A stretch of 64,000 bases of DNA, taken from an uncultured Spirochaetota bacterium (GTDB taxonomy: Bacteria > Spirochaetota > Spirochaetia > SZUA-6 > CAVTHK01). The stretch is from NCBI GenBank assembly GCA_963734495.1, contig CAVTHK010000010.1, forward strand, positions 64,001 to 128,000, given 5' to 3'. The position numbers and the translations under genes were made by a program. Shown one piece after another: positions 30,397 to 43,093 of the stretch. Each line of letters begins with the position of its first letter. The first letter of the stretch is position 1. The notes under the pieces were generated by a model, which was given only the letters and a program-made list of their open reading frames with translations, made no database searches and was not told the DNA's origin.

Positions 30397-31176
30397 GGCC
30401 GTCCTCCCGGGCTTCCCGAATCGAACGCCAGCTCCGCGGGCACGCCGCCGCCGGCTTCCTCGACCCTCACGGTCCAGCGGCCGGGGCCGGGGACCAGCCA
30501 GCACGCTCGCCTCGCGGCCCGGCGAGAGGCTCAGGCGGCGCGCGAGCACCTCTTTCCCGTCGACGAGAGCGCGCACCGTGACCGGGCTGACCGCGCCCCG
30601 GCGGCGCTCGACACGGCGAACTGCAGCGGCGTCCCGGCGGCCACCGGCGCCGCGAGCGAGGCCCGGACCGGGTCCCCGTCGATGCGCATCACGAAGCGGC
30701 CGGGGCCGGCGACGAGGAGACGGCGCGCCTCGAGGAAGCGGTCGCGGTAGTACGGCTCGTCCATCGACGAGACGATCACGCCCGTGGCCGGGCCCCTCGG
30801 ACGCGGCGTGCACGAACGACCGCCCGTCGAGCGCGATGCCCACGTGCGACGGCCCGCCCGTCGTGTCGAAGAACAGCAGGTCCCCCGCCCGCGGCGCGCC
30901 TTCGATCCGCTCGCCCCGCTCGATCAGCCCGGCCACCGTGCGCGGGCAGCTTCTCGCCCGCCGCGGCCGCGTAGACCGCGCACACGAGGCCCGGAGCAGT
31001 CGACGCCGTTCGCGTCGATGCCCGCGTCGCGGTACGGGCACGCCGCGGTATCCGAGCGCCTCGGCCGCCACGCGGCGGCCGCCTTCATCCACATATTCGA
31101 CGTTCGCCCCGAACGCTGGTGCCATGGCCGCGGCCATCGCTGCCGCCAGGGCGGTCCGAACGAGGGTCCGTTTCAC
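30393..31176 (-). CDS. NlpC/P60 (C40) family peptidase, frameshifted
   Basis: Signal-like N-terminus, GVDCSG fragment, LPRTV, AGDLLFF, SHVGIAL, FVHAAS, VIVSSMDEPYYR. Confidence 0.8.
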
Positions 31177-32356
31177 GCCGCTCCTCCCGTTTCGATTGTC
31201 GGCATCACGGCTCCCCCCGGGGCGCCGGTCGACGAAGGCGCCGGCTGAAGGCCCCGAAGCGCGCCTCGCGGATGGCCCGCCGCGCCTCTGCGATCATGTC
31301 CTGGATGAACCGCAGGTTGTGCTGCGTCGTGAGGACGGCGGCCAGAATCTCCTTCGCCTTGAACAGGTGCCTCAGGTACGACCGCGAGGCCGTCCGGCAG
31401 GCGTAGCAGCCGCACTCGGGATCGATCGGCCGCTGGTCGAGCCGGTTCTTCTCCAGCCTGAGGTTGAGGTTGCCCGTCGCGGGTCAGCGCCAGCGCGTTG
31501 CGGGCCGTCCGCGTGGGGTAGACGCAGTCGAACAGGTCGATCCCCTCCTCCACCGCCTGGAGAATGTACTCCGGAGTCCCTATGCCCATCACGTACCGCG
31601 GCCGGTCCGCCGGAAGCAGCGCCGCGGTAAACGCGAGCATCTCGCGGAAGCGGCCCGGCTCCTCGCCGACGGAGAGCCCCCCGATGGCGCACCCCGGCAG
31701 GTCGAGCGCGACGATCTCCTCGGCGCTGCGCCGACGCAGGTCGCGAAGAAGTTGCCCTGCACGATCCCGAAGAGCTCACCGGGCTCGCCTGGCTCGCGCG
31801 GCCCGCCATGCTCGCCGGGCTCGCCGCGGCGCTCCAGCCAGCGCGCGCGGCTGCGCCGCGCCCAGCGCGTCGTCTGCGCCGCCGCCTCCTCGGCCTCGTC
31901 GCGGCCGATCCCCGGCGGCGTGCACACGTCGAGCGGCATCATCACGTCGCTGCCGAGGCTCACCTGCGCGTCGATGACGTCCTCGGGCGTGAGATTGTGC
32001 CGCGATCCGTCGACGTGGGAGCTGAAGGCCACCCCCTCGTCCTCGACGCGCCTGTACGGCGTCAGGGAGAACAGCTGGTATCCGCCCGAATCGGTGAGGA
32101 TGTTGCCTCCCCAGCCCATAAAGCGGTGCAGGCCGCCCGCGGCCGCGATCACGTCGATCCCCGGCCGCAGGTACAGGTGGTAGGTGTTGGAGAGGATCAT
32201 CCGGATCCCCAGCTCGTCGAGCGCGTCCAGCCTGACCGCCTTGACGCTGGCGTTCGTGCCCACCGGCATAAAGGCCGGCGTCTCGACCCGCCCGTGGCCG
32301 AGCGAGAGCAGACCCGTGCGCGCCTTGCCGTCGCGCGGCCCCGCTTCGAAGCGCAT
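31173..32356 (-). CDS. tgt: Queuine tRNA-ribosyltransferase, frameshifted; 3' end approximate
   Basis: TPAFMPVGT, NTYHLYLRPG, ILTDSGGYQ, FGIVQG, PRYVMGIGTP, DLFDCVYPTRTARN. Confidence 0.9.
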
Positions 32357-32363
32357 GGGGACC

Positions 32364-33444
32364 TCAGGTCCGGGCCACGCGGAAGAGCCCGACGCCGACG
32401 CCCAGGAAGAGCACGAGGCTCGCCCAGGCCCCCGTGATCGGGGACAGCAGCCCGTTGCTGGCCATCGTCAGCGCGACGAGCTGCAGCACGTAGTAGCCGA
32501 CGGCGATCCCGAGGGCCGCGAGAAGGCTCAGGAACAAGAAGTTCCTCCTGAAGAGCCCGCCCACCGAGCCCGCGATCAGCACGACGACGAGCGGCGTGCA
32601 GGCGAACGAGTACTTGCGGTGGTACCAGCTCAGGGCCTCCTGGTACGGGAGGCCCGCCGTCTGCAGCGATTCGACGTACTGCCGGGCGTCGCCCACCCGC
32701 ATCTCCTCGACGCGGTCCGCCATGCGGCGGAAGATCGAAGGGCCTTCGTTCAGGGCGTCGGACTCGTAGACGGAGACGTCCGACTCCAGGACGCGGCCGT
32801 CGTTCCCGCGGCGGAAGATCCGGCAGTTGCGCAGCACCCAGTGCCTGCCGTTCCACTCGGCCGCGTCCGCCTCGTACCTGGCGGCCAGGCCGCTCGCGGC
32901 GTCGCGCTCGACGATGGTCACCCCGCTCAGGGCCTGCTGGCGGTCGTTGAAGTAGGCCGCCTGGTAGACGAACTTCCGGTCCGGGCTGGTGATCGTGACG
33001 TTCGTGTTGCTGTAGGAGACCGACTGCTTGAGCAGCGTGCGCGTCAGCTCGTTCTTCGCGCGGAAGGTCCGGATCACGACCGCGTCCTCGAACACGAAGG
33101 ACCCCACGCTCAGCAGGGCTCCGACGACGATCAGCGGGCGTCACGAAGCGCGCGAGGGAAATCCCCGAGAGGAAGATCGAGATCAGCTCGTTGTTCGTGT
33201 AGTAGGTGCCGAGGGCGTACGCGACGGCGAACAGGAGCGCGACGGGCAGCGCGTAGGAGACGCACTTGGGCAGGTACAGCAGCGCGACCCGCCCGATGTC
33301 CGCCAGCGTCACGTCCTCGCCGACGTATCGCCACAGGTTGGAAAAGACGTCCATCAGCTCGAAGACGAGCACGAACATCGCGAGGAAGACGATGCAAAGA
33401 TGCGGGCGAAAGTGGGCGAGCAGCATGGCGTGGAGCGTCTTCAC
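32364..33444 (-). CDS. lptG: LptF/LptG family permease (LptG-like), frameshifted
   Basis: YLPKCVSYALPVALLF, NNELISIFLSGISL, C-terminal LSPITGAWAS; paired with upstream LptF-like gene. Confidence 0.75.
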
Positions 33445-34704
33445 GGGTGGGACCTCGTGGCGAGCAGCGTCGTCCCCGCGGCGAGCACGACGACGTTCGG
33501 CAGCCACATGGCGAGCAGCGGCGAAAAGGAAGCGCGCGCGCCGAAGCGGTAGCTCACGATCAGCATGGCCCAGTACAGCCCCGACATCACGATCCCGAGC
33601 GCGAACCCGAGGGTCCGGCCGCTGCGCCTCGCGAGCAGGCCGGCGGGAAAGGCGAACACGACGAACACGAGACAGGAGAGCGGGCTGGCGAACTTGCGGT
33701 GGAACTCGAGGAGGTACGCCTGCAGGGTCCGGTCCAGCGGAGGCGGCGCGCTGTCCCTGGCGACGTCGCCCGCGAGGCGCGCCGCCTCGTCCGTTTCGGC
33801 CCGCGTGAGGCCGCGCTCCATCGCGTCGAGCATGGTGAGCGAGAGCCGGTAGCGGCCGCGGCGTGCGCGCTCCGCGACCGCGGAGATCTTCTGCTCCTGC
33901 GCGGAAGCGCATCCCCGCGATCTCCCGGTACACGTCGACGGAGCTCTTCTCGGCCGGCCCGGGGTTCACCAGCGACACGCTGATGTCCTTGAGCAGGATG
34001 TTGTAGACCATGCGGTCCGCGGCGGCGTACTCGTAGTTGCCCTTGTCCCGCGGCTTGGCGCTCAAGTCGAAGACGCCGCGCAGCTCGAGAGCGACGGCCC
34101 CCCGCTCGTCCGTCGCGGGCACGAGCACGGCCTCGTTCGCCGTGATGACCCGCTTCCGGTTCTCGCTGTCCTGGTCGATGATCATGATCGGCCGGATCCG
34201 CCGGCCCGAGACGTCGCCGGTGACGATCACGGTGTTCTCGTACCGTTTGACCGAGTACGGCTCGAGCTCGATCGCCGGGTTCTGGAAGATCACCCGCCGC
34301 AGCATGCTCTTCAGCCCGATGTTCCCCAGCGGAAGGAACAGGTCGTTGAAGACAAAGACGGCCGCCGAGAGCGCGAGCGCCGTCATCAGCATCGGAAAGA
34401 AGATCCTGGCGAGGGCGATGCCCGAGGCGCGCAGCGCCATGATCTCGCGGTCGCCGGCGAGACGGCCCACGGCCATGAGGGCGCCGACGAGCGTCCCGAA
34501 CGGGAGCGCGTAGGTCACGATGATGGGGAGGGAGTAGAAGACGAGCAGGGCCACGTCGCCGATGGGCACGCTCTTCGAGAGGATCCGCTCCGCCATCAGG
34601 AGGAGCTGATTGACGAAGAAGATAAAGAAGAAGAAAAGGAAGGCGACCAGCACCGCGACGAGAAGCTCGCGGGTCACGTAACGATTTACCGTGCGGTAAC
34701 TCAT
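33441..34704 (-). CDS. lptF: LptF/LptG family permease (LptF-like), frameshift near 33880
   Basis: [36 protein letters not shown]. Confidence 0.78.
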
Positions 34705-35171
34705 CGTGCGGACCCCGTCCGTCCGGCTCCCCGGCCCCCTAACGGCCGGTCGAGCCGAACCCCCCGCCGCCCCGGTCGGAGCCCTCGAGCCCCTCGACCG
34801 CCGTGAACCCGGCTCGCGCCACCGGCGCGAGCACTGCCTGAGCGATCCGGTCCCCCGGCTCGATCGTGAACGCGCTCGTCGCCCAGGTTGACCAGCAGGA
34901 CCATGATCTCTCCCCGGTAGTCCGAGTCGATCGTTCCCGGCGAGTTCAGCACGGTCACCCCGTGCTCGAGCGCGAGACCGGAGCGCGGTCTCACCTGCAG
35001 CTCGTAGCCCGCCGGCACCTCGACCCGCAGCCCCGTGGGCACGAGCCTGCGCTCGCCGGGCGCGAGCACCATCGGCGCCTCGAGGGGCGCCGCCAGGTCG
35101 GCCCCGGCCGAGCCCGCCGTCCTGTACGCCGGCAGCCGCCCGCTCGCGGTCGTGCATCGGATCGGAATCAT
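34701..35171 (-). CDS. dut: dUTP diphosphatase, frameshift near 34870
   Basis: [49 protein letters not shown]-like end. Confidence 0.9.
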   Translation of the reverse strand: MIPIRCTTASGRLPAYRTAGSAGADLAAPLEAPMVLAPGERRLVPTGLRVEVPAGYELQVRPRSGLALEHGVTVLNSPGTIDSDYRGEIMVLLVNLGDERVHDRAGGPDRSGSARAGGASRVHGGRGARGLRPGRRGVRLDRPLGGRGAGRTGSAR

Positions 35172-35177
35172 GGCCTT

Positions 35178-36440
35178 TCAGTACGCGAGCCGCAGGCGCT
35201 TCCAGTCGCGCCCCCTGCGGCCCCCGTAGACCGTCAGGTTGAACGTCCTGCGCCGCGACCAGGTGCCGGATCACGCCGCGGACCTGCTCCGTGGTCACCG
35301 CCTGCAGGCACGCGATCGATCTCCTCGTACTCCTGCGGCTGCCCGAAGAACATCTGCAGGCGAACGAGGCGCTTCATCCGGCTCTCGACGTCGGACTTCG
35401 ACAGGATGAGGCTGCCGATGAGGTGCGACTTCGCGTCCTCCACCTCCTGCTCGCTGAGCGGGTCGTCGAGCAGCCGGGCGATCTCCGCGTCCACGGCGGC
35501 GAGGAGCGCCGCGGCCTGCTCGGGGGCGCTGCTCGCGTAGACCGACCACAGCGACACGTCGCTGTACAGCGTGCGGAACGCTCCGATGCTGTAGCACAGG
35601 CCGCGCTTCTCGCGCAGCTCCTGGAACAGGCGCGAGCTCATCGACTCGCCGAACGCAGTGCTCATGACGAGCGACCCGTAGATCGAGCGCCGTGTTGCCG
35701 TAGGCGCTCTCGAAGTCGGTGCCGAGGTAGATCTGCTGCTGGTTGGTGCGCTTGGGGACGACGCGGCGCTCCACCTGCCTGAGCGGCGGCACGCGCTTCG
35801 ACGGCGACCCGTCGCTTCGGGCGGCGTTCGTGCCGGCCGACAGCGCCCGCTCGAAGCGCTCGACGAGCTGGTCCGCGTCCACGTCGCCGGCCACCGAGAT
35901 CGTGAGCTGCGAGGGGCTCCAGCGCTCGCGATGGAAGTCCAGCAGCCGGTCGCGCCTGATCGCCTGCACGTCCTTCGACGTCTCCCGTGATCTTGCGCGC
36001 CAGCGGGTGGGTCCCCCAGAGGCCGACCGAGTAGGCTTCGAAGGCGCAGTCTTCGGGCGAGTCCAGGTAGCCCTGGATCTCGTTGACCACTACCGTCTTT
36101 TCCTTCTCGATCTCCTCCTCGGCAAAGGTCGAGCCGCCGACCATGTCGCGAGAGGACGTCCACGACGAGCTCGAGGTGCGCCGCCGGGACGTGGCATGGA
36201 CGCAGACGGTCTCTTTCTCGGTGAACGCGTTGATCAGCCCGCCGACCCTGTCGATCTCGCGGGCGATGTCGAAGGCCGAGCGGCGCGCGGTGCCCTTGAA
36301 CACCATGTGCTCGAGAAAGTGCGAATAGCCCGCGCGGTCGGGCTCCTCGTCGCGCGACCCGGCGAGACTCCAGAGCCCCACCGCCACGGCCTCGGACCCC
36401 GGGACGACGTCCACGAGGAGCCGTGCGCCGCTCGACAGGA
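35178..36440 (-). CDS. M16 family (pitrilysin-like) peptidase, frameshifted; start approximate
   Basis: GYSHFLEHMVFKGT (HxxEH), INAFTEKE, MSSRLFQELREKRGLCYSI. Confidence 0.85.
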
Positions 36441-36449
36441 GCTCTCGAG

Positions 36450-38684
36450 TGAATCAACCCTATCTCCGCCTGCGGCCTCGAATCGGACCTCGGCCCGCGG
36501 CCGTGACCGCCGCCGTGATCGCCCGCGGACGCTCCTGGCGCCTGTCATCCGGCTCGCGGCGCTCCCGTGGCTCGCCCGACGGGCCCGAGCCTCCGGAATC
36601 GGGCGAGATCGGCGTCGATGTAGCTGAGGTTCAGCCGGCCCATGCGGTCGATCTCCACGAGCCTGACCGGGATCTCCTGGCCCTTCGTGGAGGACGTCGC
36701 TGACCTTCTCGACCCGCTCCCTGGCGAGCTTGGAGATGTGCACGAGCCCTCGCGGCCCGGCATGAACTCGACGAAGGCGCCGAAGTCCATGAGGCGGCGG
36801 ACCGTGCCCTGGTAGACGCGGCCGATCTCGGGCTCCTCGATGAGGCCCCTGGATGATCTGGGCCGCCTCCTCGGCGCCCGCCTTGCTGCGGCAGTAGATG
36901 GTCGTCGAGCCGTCGTCCTCGATCGAGATCTTCGCGCCGGTCTTGTCCGTGATGCCGTTGATCATCTTGCCGCCCGGTCCGATGATCAGGCCGATCTTGT
37001 CCGACGGGACCGTGAGGCTGATGACCTTGGGAGCGAACTCCGAGATCTCGCCGCGCGGCGGTCTCGATGGTCTGCCCCATGATGGACAGGATGTGCAGCC
37101 GCCCCTCGCGCGCCCGGTTCAGCGCCGCGCGGAGCACCTCGGACGTGACTCCCTGGATCTTGATGTCCATCTGGAAGCCGGTGATCCCGTCGCGGGTCCC
37201 GGCCACCTTGAAGTCCATGTGGCCGAGGTGGTCCTCCTCGCCGAGGATGTCGCTCAGCACGACGAACTTGTCGTCGCCCTGCACCAGGCCCATCGCGATC
37301 CCGGCGACCGGCTTCTTCATGGGAACGCCCGCGTTGAGCAGGCTCAGGGTCGTGCCGCAGACCGTCGCCATCGAGGAGGAGCCGTTGGACTCGAGGATCT
37401 CGGAGACGACACGGACCGTGTAGGGGAACTCCTCCTTGGTCGGCAGCATCCGCTCGACGGCCCGCTGCCGCCAGGTGACCGTGGCCGACCTCGCGCCGCC
37501 CGGTCCCGAGCCTCCCCGTCTCGCCGACCGAGAACGGCGGGAAGTTGTAGTGCAGCATGAAGTGCTTGCGGTAGTCGCCGTCGATGTCGTCCATGATCTG
37601 CTCGTCGTAGGGGGTGCCGAGCGTGATGACGACGAGGGCCTGGGTCTCGCCCGCGCGTAAAGAGCGCCGAGCCGTGCGTGCGGGGCAGCACGTCGATCTC
37701 GCAGGTGATGGGCCGGATGTCGCGCGGCGCCGCGACCGTCGGTGCGCAGGCCCTTCTCGAGGATCGACTTGCGGACGATCTCAGTCTCCATGTCCTCGAA
37801 GAGCTTGTCGAGGTCCTTCGCGCGCTCTTCGGGCACGAGGCCCGGATGAGCCTCGACGAACTGCCGTCTTGACCTCGCGCATCGCGTTGCCGCGGTTCTG
37901 CTTGCCCTTGACGAAACAGGCCTGCTCGAGCCGGGCGTAGACCCACTGGCGGATCTGCGCCTCGGACTCGAGGCCGGCGGGCGCCGGCTTGAGCGGCATC
38001 TTGGGCTTGCCGGCGAGCCTGCGCAGCTCCTCCTGCAGGGCGCACAGGTCCTTGATGGTGCCCGCGGCGTGCTCGATGGCCTGGATCATCACTTCTTCGG
38101 AGACCTCGTTGCCCCCGCCCTCGACCATCGTGATGCCCTGTGCGCCGCCGGCGACGACGATGTCGAGCGTCGAGGCCTTGATCTCCTCGAACGTCGGGTT
38201 GACGATGAGCTCGCCGTTGACCTGCGCGACGCGCACCGCGGCCACAGGTCCCGTCGAACGGGATGTCCGAGATGTGGACGGCAGCGCAGGCGGCCAGCAT
38301 CCCGAGGATGTCGGGCGGGTTGACCTGGTCGGTGGCGATCGTCGTCGGGATGACCTGGATGTCGCGGCCGAAGCTCTTGGGAAGAGCGGCCGCAGGGGCC
38401 GGTCGATCAGGCGCGAGACGAGGATCTCCTTGTCGCGCGGCCTGCCTTCGCGTTTGTAGAAGCCGCCGGGGATCTTGCCCGCGGCGTAATACTTCTCGTT
38501 GTAGTCGACCATCAGGGGAACGTAGTCGATCCCTTCGATCTCCCGGTCGGACGCGCAGACCGTCGCGATGACGGTGCTGCCGCCCGCACCTGGCGACCAC
38601 GGCGCCGTTCGCCTGCTTGGCCATGTGGCCCGTTTCCAGGATCAGGTCGGTCTCCCTGATCCGGTACTTGACTTGTTGTGTCAT
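36450..38684 (-). CDS. pnp: Polyribonucleotide nucleotidyltransferase, frameshifted; 3' end approximate
   Basis: [72 protein letters not shown] and S1 domains. Confidence 0.93.
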
Positions 38685-38703
38685 CCCTGTGTCTTTCCCG
38701 ATC

Positions 38704-38973
38704 CTACTTGCGCAGGCTGAGTTTTTCGATCAGCGCCCGGTAACCTTCGAGGTCCTTGCGGCTGAGGTAGTTGAGCAGACGCCGGCGCTGGCCCACCAGC
38801 TTCATGAGGCCACGGCGCGAGTTGTGATCCGCCTTGTGCACTTTGAAGTGCTCCGTCAGGTGCTGGATCCTGCCGGTGAGCAGCGCGATCTGAACCGAGG
38901 TCGATCCCCAGTCCTTCTCGTTCTTGCCGTACTCGGCCACGATCTTCTCTCGATCCGCTTTCGTAATCTGCAT
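38704..38973 (-). CDS. rpsO: 30S ribosomal protein S15
   Basis: [41 protein letters not shown]. Confidence 0.97.
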   Translation of the reverse strand: MQITKADREKIVAEYGKNEKDWGSTSVQIALLTGRIQHLTEHFKVHKADHNSRRGLMKLVGQRRRLLNYLSRKDLEGYRALIEKLSLRK

Positions 38974-39056
38974 GAACGCACTCTCCTTATCGGGGGTCGG
39001 CTCGAACGCGGGGCACGACCCGTCTGATTCTACAAAAAAGGCCCGAATCGCGTCAA
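38974..39056 (-). promoter_or_regulatory. rpsO promoter and structured leader (candidate S15 autoregulatory element)
   Basis: TTGACG-N18-TAGAAT (39056-39027), then GGGTCG...CGACCC stem directly before the AAGGAG SD. Confidence 0.5.
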
Positions 39057-39948
39057 TTCACCCCGGCGAACACCGCGACGAACCGCGGAGCGGACCCCGG
39101 CGGCCGCTCCAGCACGGCGAGGAGGCGCCCGTCGCGGCCGAACAGCGCCTTCGCGCGCGCGTCCTCCGGCCACGGTCCGAGGTCCTCGGGCCGCGGCAGC
39201 CCGCCCGCGGCCACGCGGGCCGCGACCGGCGCCTCGACCACCGCCGAGACGATCCCGTCGAGCCGCGGCAGAAAACTCCTCGCGTCCAGCAGCCGGCCGG
39301 GCTCGAACGACTCCGGGGCGACGGCCTCGGCGCGCGTGAACGGGCCCACCGACTCCCTGGTCAGCTCCACCACCGTGGCCCGCGACCCGCAGGCGATCGC
39401 GATGTCCCGCGCGAGGGACCGGACGTAGGTCCCGGCGCTGCACCGCACCCGCAGGTCCGCGAAGGGAGGCTCGTAGCCGACGAGCTCGAGCGACGCGACG
39501 CGGACCTTCCGCGGCGCGAGGTCGGGCTGCTCGCCGCGGCGCGCCAGCCTGTATGCGCGCTCCCCCTCGTGATGGACCGCTGAGAAGAGCGGCGGCACCT
39601 GCTCCAGCTCGCCGACAAAGCGCGGCAGCGCGGCGCTCAGTGCCGCTCCGTCCGGCGGCGGCGCCGTCGGCCACCACCTCGCCCTCCGGGTCGAGCGTGG
39701 AGGTCTCCTCGCCGAATCGCACGCGCGCGGAGTAGCCCTTCTCCAGCCCGGCGAGCAGGGGCGCGAGGCGCGTGATACCGGCCCGTCAGCGCCACGAGCA
39801 GCCCTCTCGCGAATCGATCGAGCGTCCCGGTGTGGCCCACCCGCCCCGTGCCCAGCGACCTCTTGACCGCGCCCAGGGCCTGGAACGAGGTGATGCCCGC
39901 CGGCTTGTCGAGGAGCGCCAACCCATCCGGGGGCCGGCGCACCCGGGA
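39053..39948 (-). CDS. truB: tRNA pseudouridine(55) synthase, frameshifted
   Basis: [48 protein letters not shown]. Confidence 0.9.
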
Positions 39949-39993
39949 TGGGCGGCCATGCGGCTCGCTCGCCGGGTCAGTCGCGCCCCCCGC

Positions 39994-40397
39994 TCAATCC
40001 GCGAGCCCTCCGAAGGATGCGCTATCTCCTCCAGCTTGCGCGCGAGCTTGAAGCCCCGCTCGATCTGCGTGTCGAGCACGAAGTGCAGCCTCGGGGTCAC
40101 CCGAAGCGTGAGATGCTCGCTCAGCAGGTGCTGTATGTAGCCCGCGGCGTGATTGAGGGCCTCGATCGCGCCGGCCCGCCGGGTGCGCGCCTCCGGGCTC
40201 TCGTCCTCCTTGCCGGTGCTGCGGTCCACCATCGAGATGAACACCTTGGCGTCCCGCAGGTCGCTTGGCCGCCCGGACCTCGGTCACGGTCATCATGCGC
40301 TGCAGACGCGGGTCGCGGACCCTGCCGCGCGCGAGGATCTCGGAGATCAGCTCGGCGAGCAGGCTCTCGAGCCTATGCTTCCTTAGGTCCGCCGCCA
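39994..40397 (-). CDS. rbfA: Ribosome-binding factor A, frameshifted
   Basis: [34 protein letters not shown]; canonical position after infB. Confidence 0.85.
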
Positions 40398-42999
40398 CGC
40401 CGCCCGCCTTCGCTCGAGTTTCTTCGCCAGCTCGCGGACCTCGAAGGCCTCGATCACGTCGCCGACCTTGATGTCCTGGTAACCCTCGATGCCGATGCCG
40501 CACTCGAAGCCGGCCTCGACCTCGCGCGCGTCGTCCTTGAAGCGCTTGAGCGACGAGATCTTGCCCTCGTAGACCTGCACGGCCTCGCGGATGAGCCGCG
40601 CCTGCGCGTTGCGCCGCACCTTGCCGCTGGTGACGTAGCAGCCGGCGATCGTGCCCACCTTGGGCACCTTGAAGACCTGCCTGACCTCGACGGTCCCGAT
40701 CGTCTCCTCGCGCAGCTCGGGGGCGAGCATGCCCTCCATCGCGCTGCGGATGTCGTCGACCGCGTCGTAGATGATGTTGTACTTGCGGATGTCCACCTTT
40801 TCGCGGTCCGCGAGCGCCTGGGCGGTCGTGGTCGGCCGCACGTGGAACCCGACGATGATCGCGTTGGACGTGGCGGCGAGCAGCACGTCGCTGTAGTTGA
40901 TGGCCCCGGCCGAGGCCTGGATCACGGTCAGCTTGACCTCGTCGGTCGAGAGCTTTTCCAGGCTCTGACTGGAGGGCCTCGACCGAGCCGTGAACGTCCG
41001 CCTTGACGATGACGTTGAGCTCCTTGACCGCGCCCTGCTTGAGCTGCTCGTAGAGGTTGTCCAGCGTGACCTTGCTCACGTGCTGGGCGCCCTCCATCCG
41101 CTTGAGCTCCTGCCGCTTGGTGCCGATCTGGCGGGCGCTCTGCTCGTCCTCGGTGACGTGGAACGGGTCGCCCGCGTTCGGCAGCCCGTCGAGGCCGAGG
41201 ATCTCCACCGGCGTCGCGGGCGGCGCCTCCTCGAGGCGGTTGCCCTTGTCGTCGAACAGGGCCCTGACGCGGCCGGCGAAGACGCCCGCCACGAAGGGGT
41301 CGCCGATGCGCACCACGCCGCGCTCGATGAGGACCGTCGCCACGATGCCGCGGCCCAGGTCGACGCGCGACTCCACGACCCGGCCCGAAGCGCGCACGCT
41401 GTAGTTGGCCCTGAGCTCGAGGAGCTCGGCCTGGAGCAGGATGGCCTCGAGCAGCTTGTCGATGCCCGTCTTCTTGAGGGCGGACACCTCCACGAACAGG
41501 GTCTTGCCGCCCCAGTCCTCGGGCATCAGCTCGTGCTCGGACAGCTGCTGCTTGACGCGCTCGACGTTGGCGTCGGGCAGGTCGACCTTGTTGACCGCCA
41601 CGATGATCGGCACGCCGGCCGCCTTGGCGTGGCTGATCGCCTCGAGGGTCTGCGGCATGACCCCGTCGTCCGCGGCCACCACCAGCACGACGATGTCCGT
41701 GATCTGGGCGCCGCGCATCCGCATCGCCGTGAACGCCTCGTGGCCGGGCGTGTCGAGGAACACGATCCTCCCCTGCGGGAGGTCGACGGCGTAGGCGCCG
41801 ATGTGCTGCGTGATGCCGCCGTGCTCGGTGGCCACGACGTTCGTCTCGCGGATCGCGTCCAGCAGCTTGGTCTTGCCGTGGTCGACGTGGCCCATGATCG
41901 TCACGATGGGAGGACGTGGCTTGAGGTCGCCGTCCTGGTCCGCCTGCTCCTGGATCACGGTCTCTTCGTAGAGGGAGACGACGTTGACCTTGGCCCCGTA
42001 CTCCTGGGCGAGAAGCGCCGCCGTCTCGGCGTCGATCTGCTGGTTGATGGTGACCATCATGCCCATGCCCATCAGCTTCGAGATCAGCTCCGAGCTCTTG
42101 AGGTTCAGCTTGCGGGCAAGCTCCGAAACCGTGATCGATTCGAGGATGGCGATCTCCTTGGGGACGGGGTTGGCGCGCTGCGCGGCGCGCTTCTTCATCT
42201 GGAGCGCCTTCTCCTGATGCTCTTCCTGCTCCCGCCGCTTCGCGTAGTCCGACTGCTTCCTCTTGGTCTTGAACTTGCGGTGCGCGCCCGGAGCCTCCGG
42301 CGCCGGAGGCGGCCCGCCCGCCTGGCCGGGACGCGAGCCGCCGGGGCGCGGCCCCATCGGCCGCGGCCCGAACGGGCGCCCGCCGGGGGGCCTGGGGCCC
42401 ATCGGCCGCTGGCCGAACGGCGGCCGCGGGCCGGGCGGACGGTTGCCGAAACCGCCGCGCATCGGGGGCCGCGGGGCGCCCATGCGCTGGCCTTCGCGCA
42501 CCGAAGGCCGGGGCATCGTGCCCTCCCGCACGCTCGGCGGGATGGCGCGGACCACGGTGCGCGGCGGCGCCTGCGGCGGCCGCTCCTGCGGCCGGGGCCG
42601 GTCGCCTGCCGCGGGCGGCGCGGCTGCTGCAGCCGGCCGCGCGGGCGTTGCGGCAGCCGGCCGCACGGGCGCCTCCGCCGCGGACGCTCCCGCGACCGCC
42701 GCGGGCCGCGCCGCTTCGGCGGTCCTCTCGCGGGGCGCCGGCGGGGGCGGAGGTGCGTCGGCAAGGGCCGGGGCAGGCTCGGCCGCGACCGGGGCCGCGG
42801 CAGCGACGGGCTCGGCCGGCGCGGCGACGACCTTCTTCACCACGATCCGTTTCTTGACCAGGACCTTCTTCCTGGCGTGCGCCAGGGATTCGGCCTCGGG
42901 AGCGGGGACCGGAGACGGCGCGGGAGCCTCTGCGGCGGCGGGCGTCTTCTTCGCCTTGATGAGCGTCGTTTTCTTCTTTGCTGGTTTCTCGTCAGACAT
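40383..42999 (-). CDS. infB: Translation initiation factor IF-2, frameshift near 40965
   Basis: [63 protein letters not shown]. Confidence 0.96.
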
Positions 43000-43093
43000 G
43001 CTTTTGGGCCCTGTGGTCCGGCGTACCCGTCGGATTCCGTCCCTGCTCCTTCAATCTGCTCGCCGACTCACTCTCGCGAACCATCGGCCTCGC

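Noticed and set aside
24300-41000. Dense frameshifts suggesting mass pseudogenisation or programmed frameshifting
   Set aside because: They hit essential genes (infB, murJ, lptF/G) and highly conserved ones (pnp, efp) whose motifs are otherwise intact, which fits long-read consensus errors
42290-42930. Pro/Ala/Gly/Arg-rich repetitive stretch
   Set aside because: Ordinary low-complexity N-terminal region of IF-2
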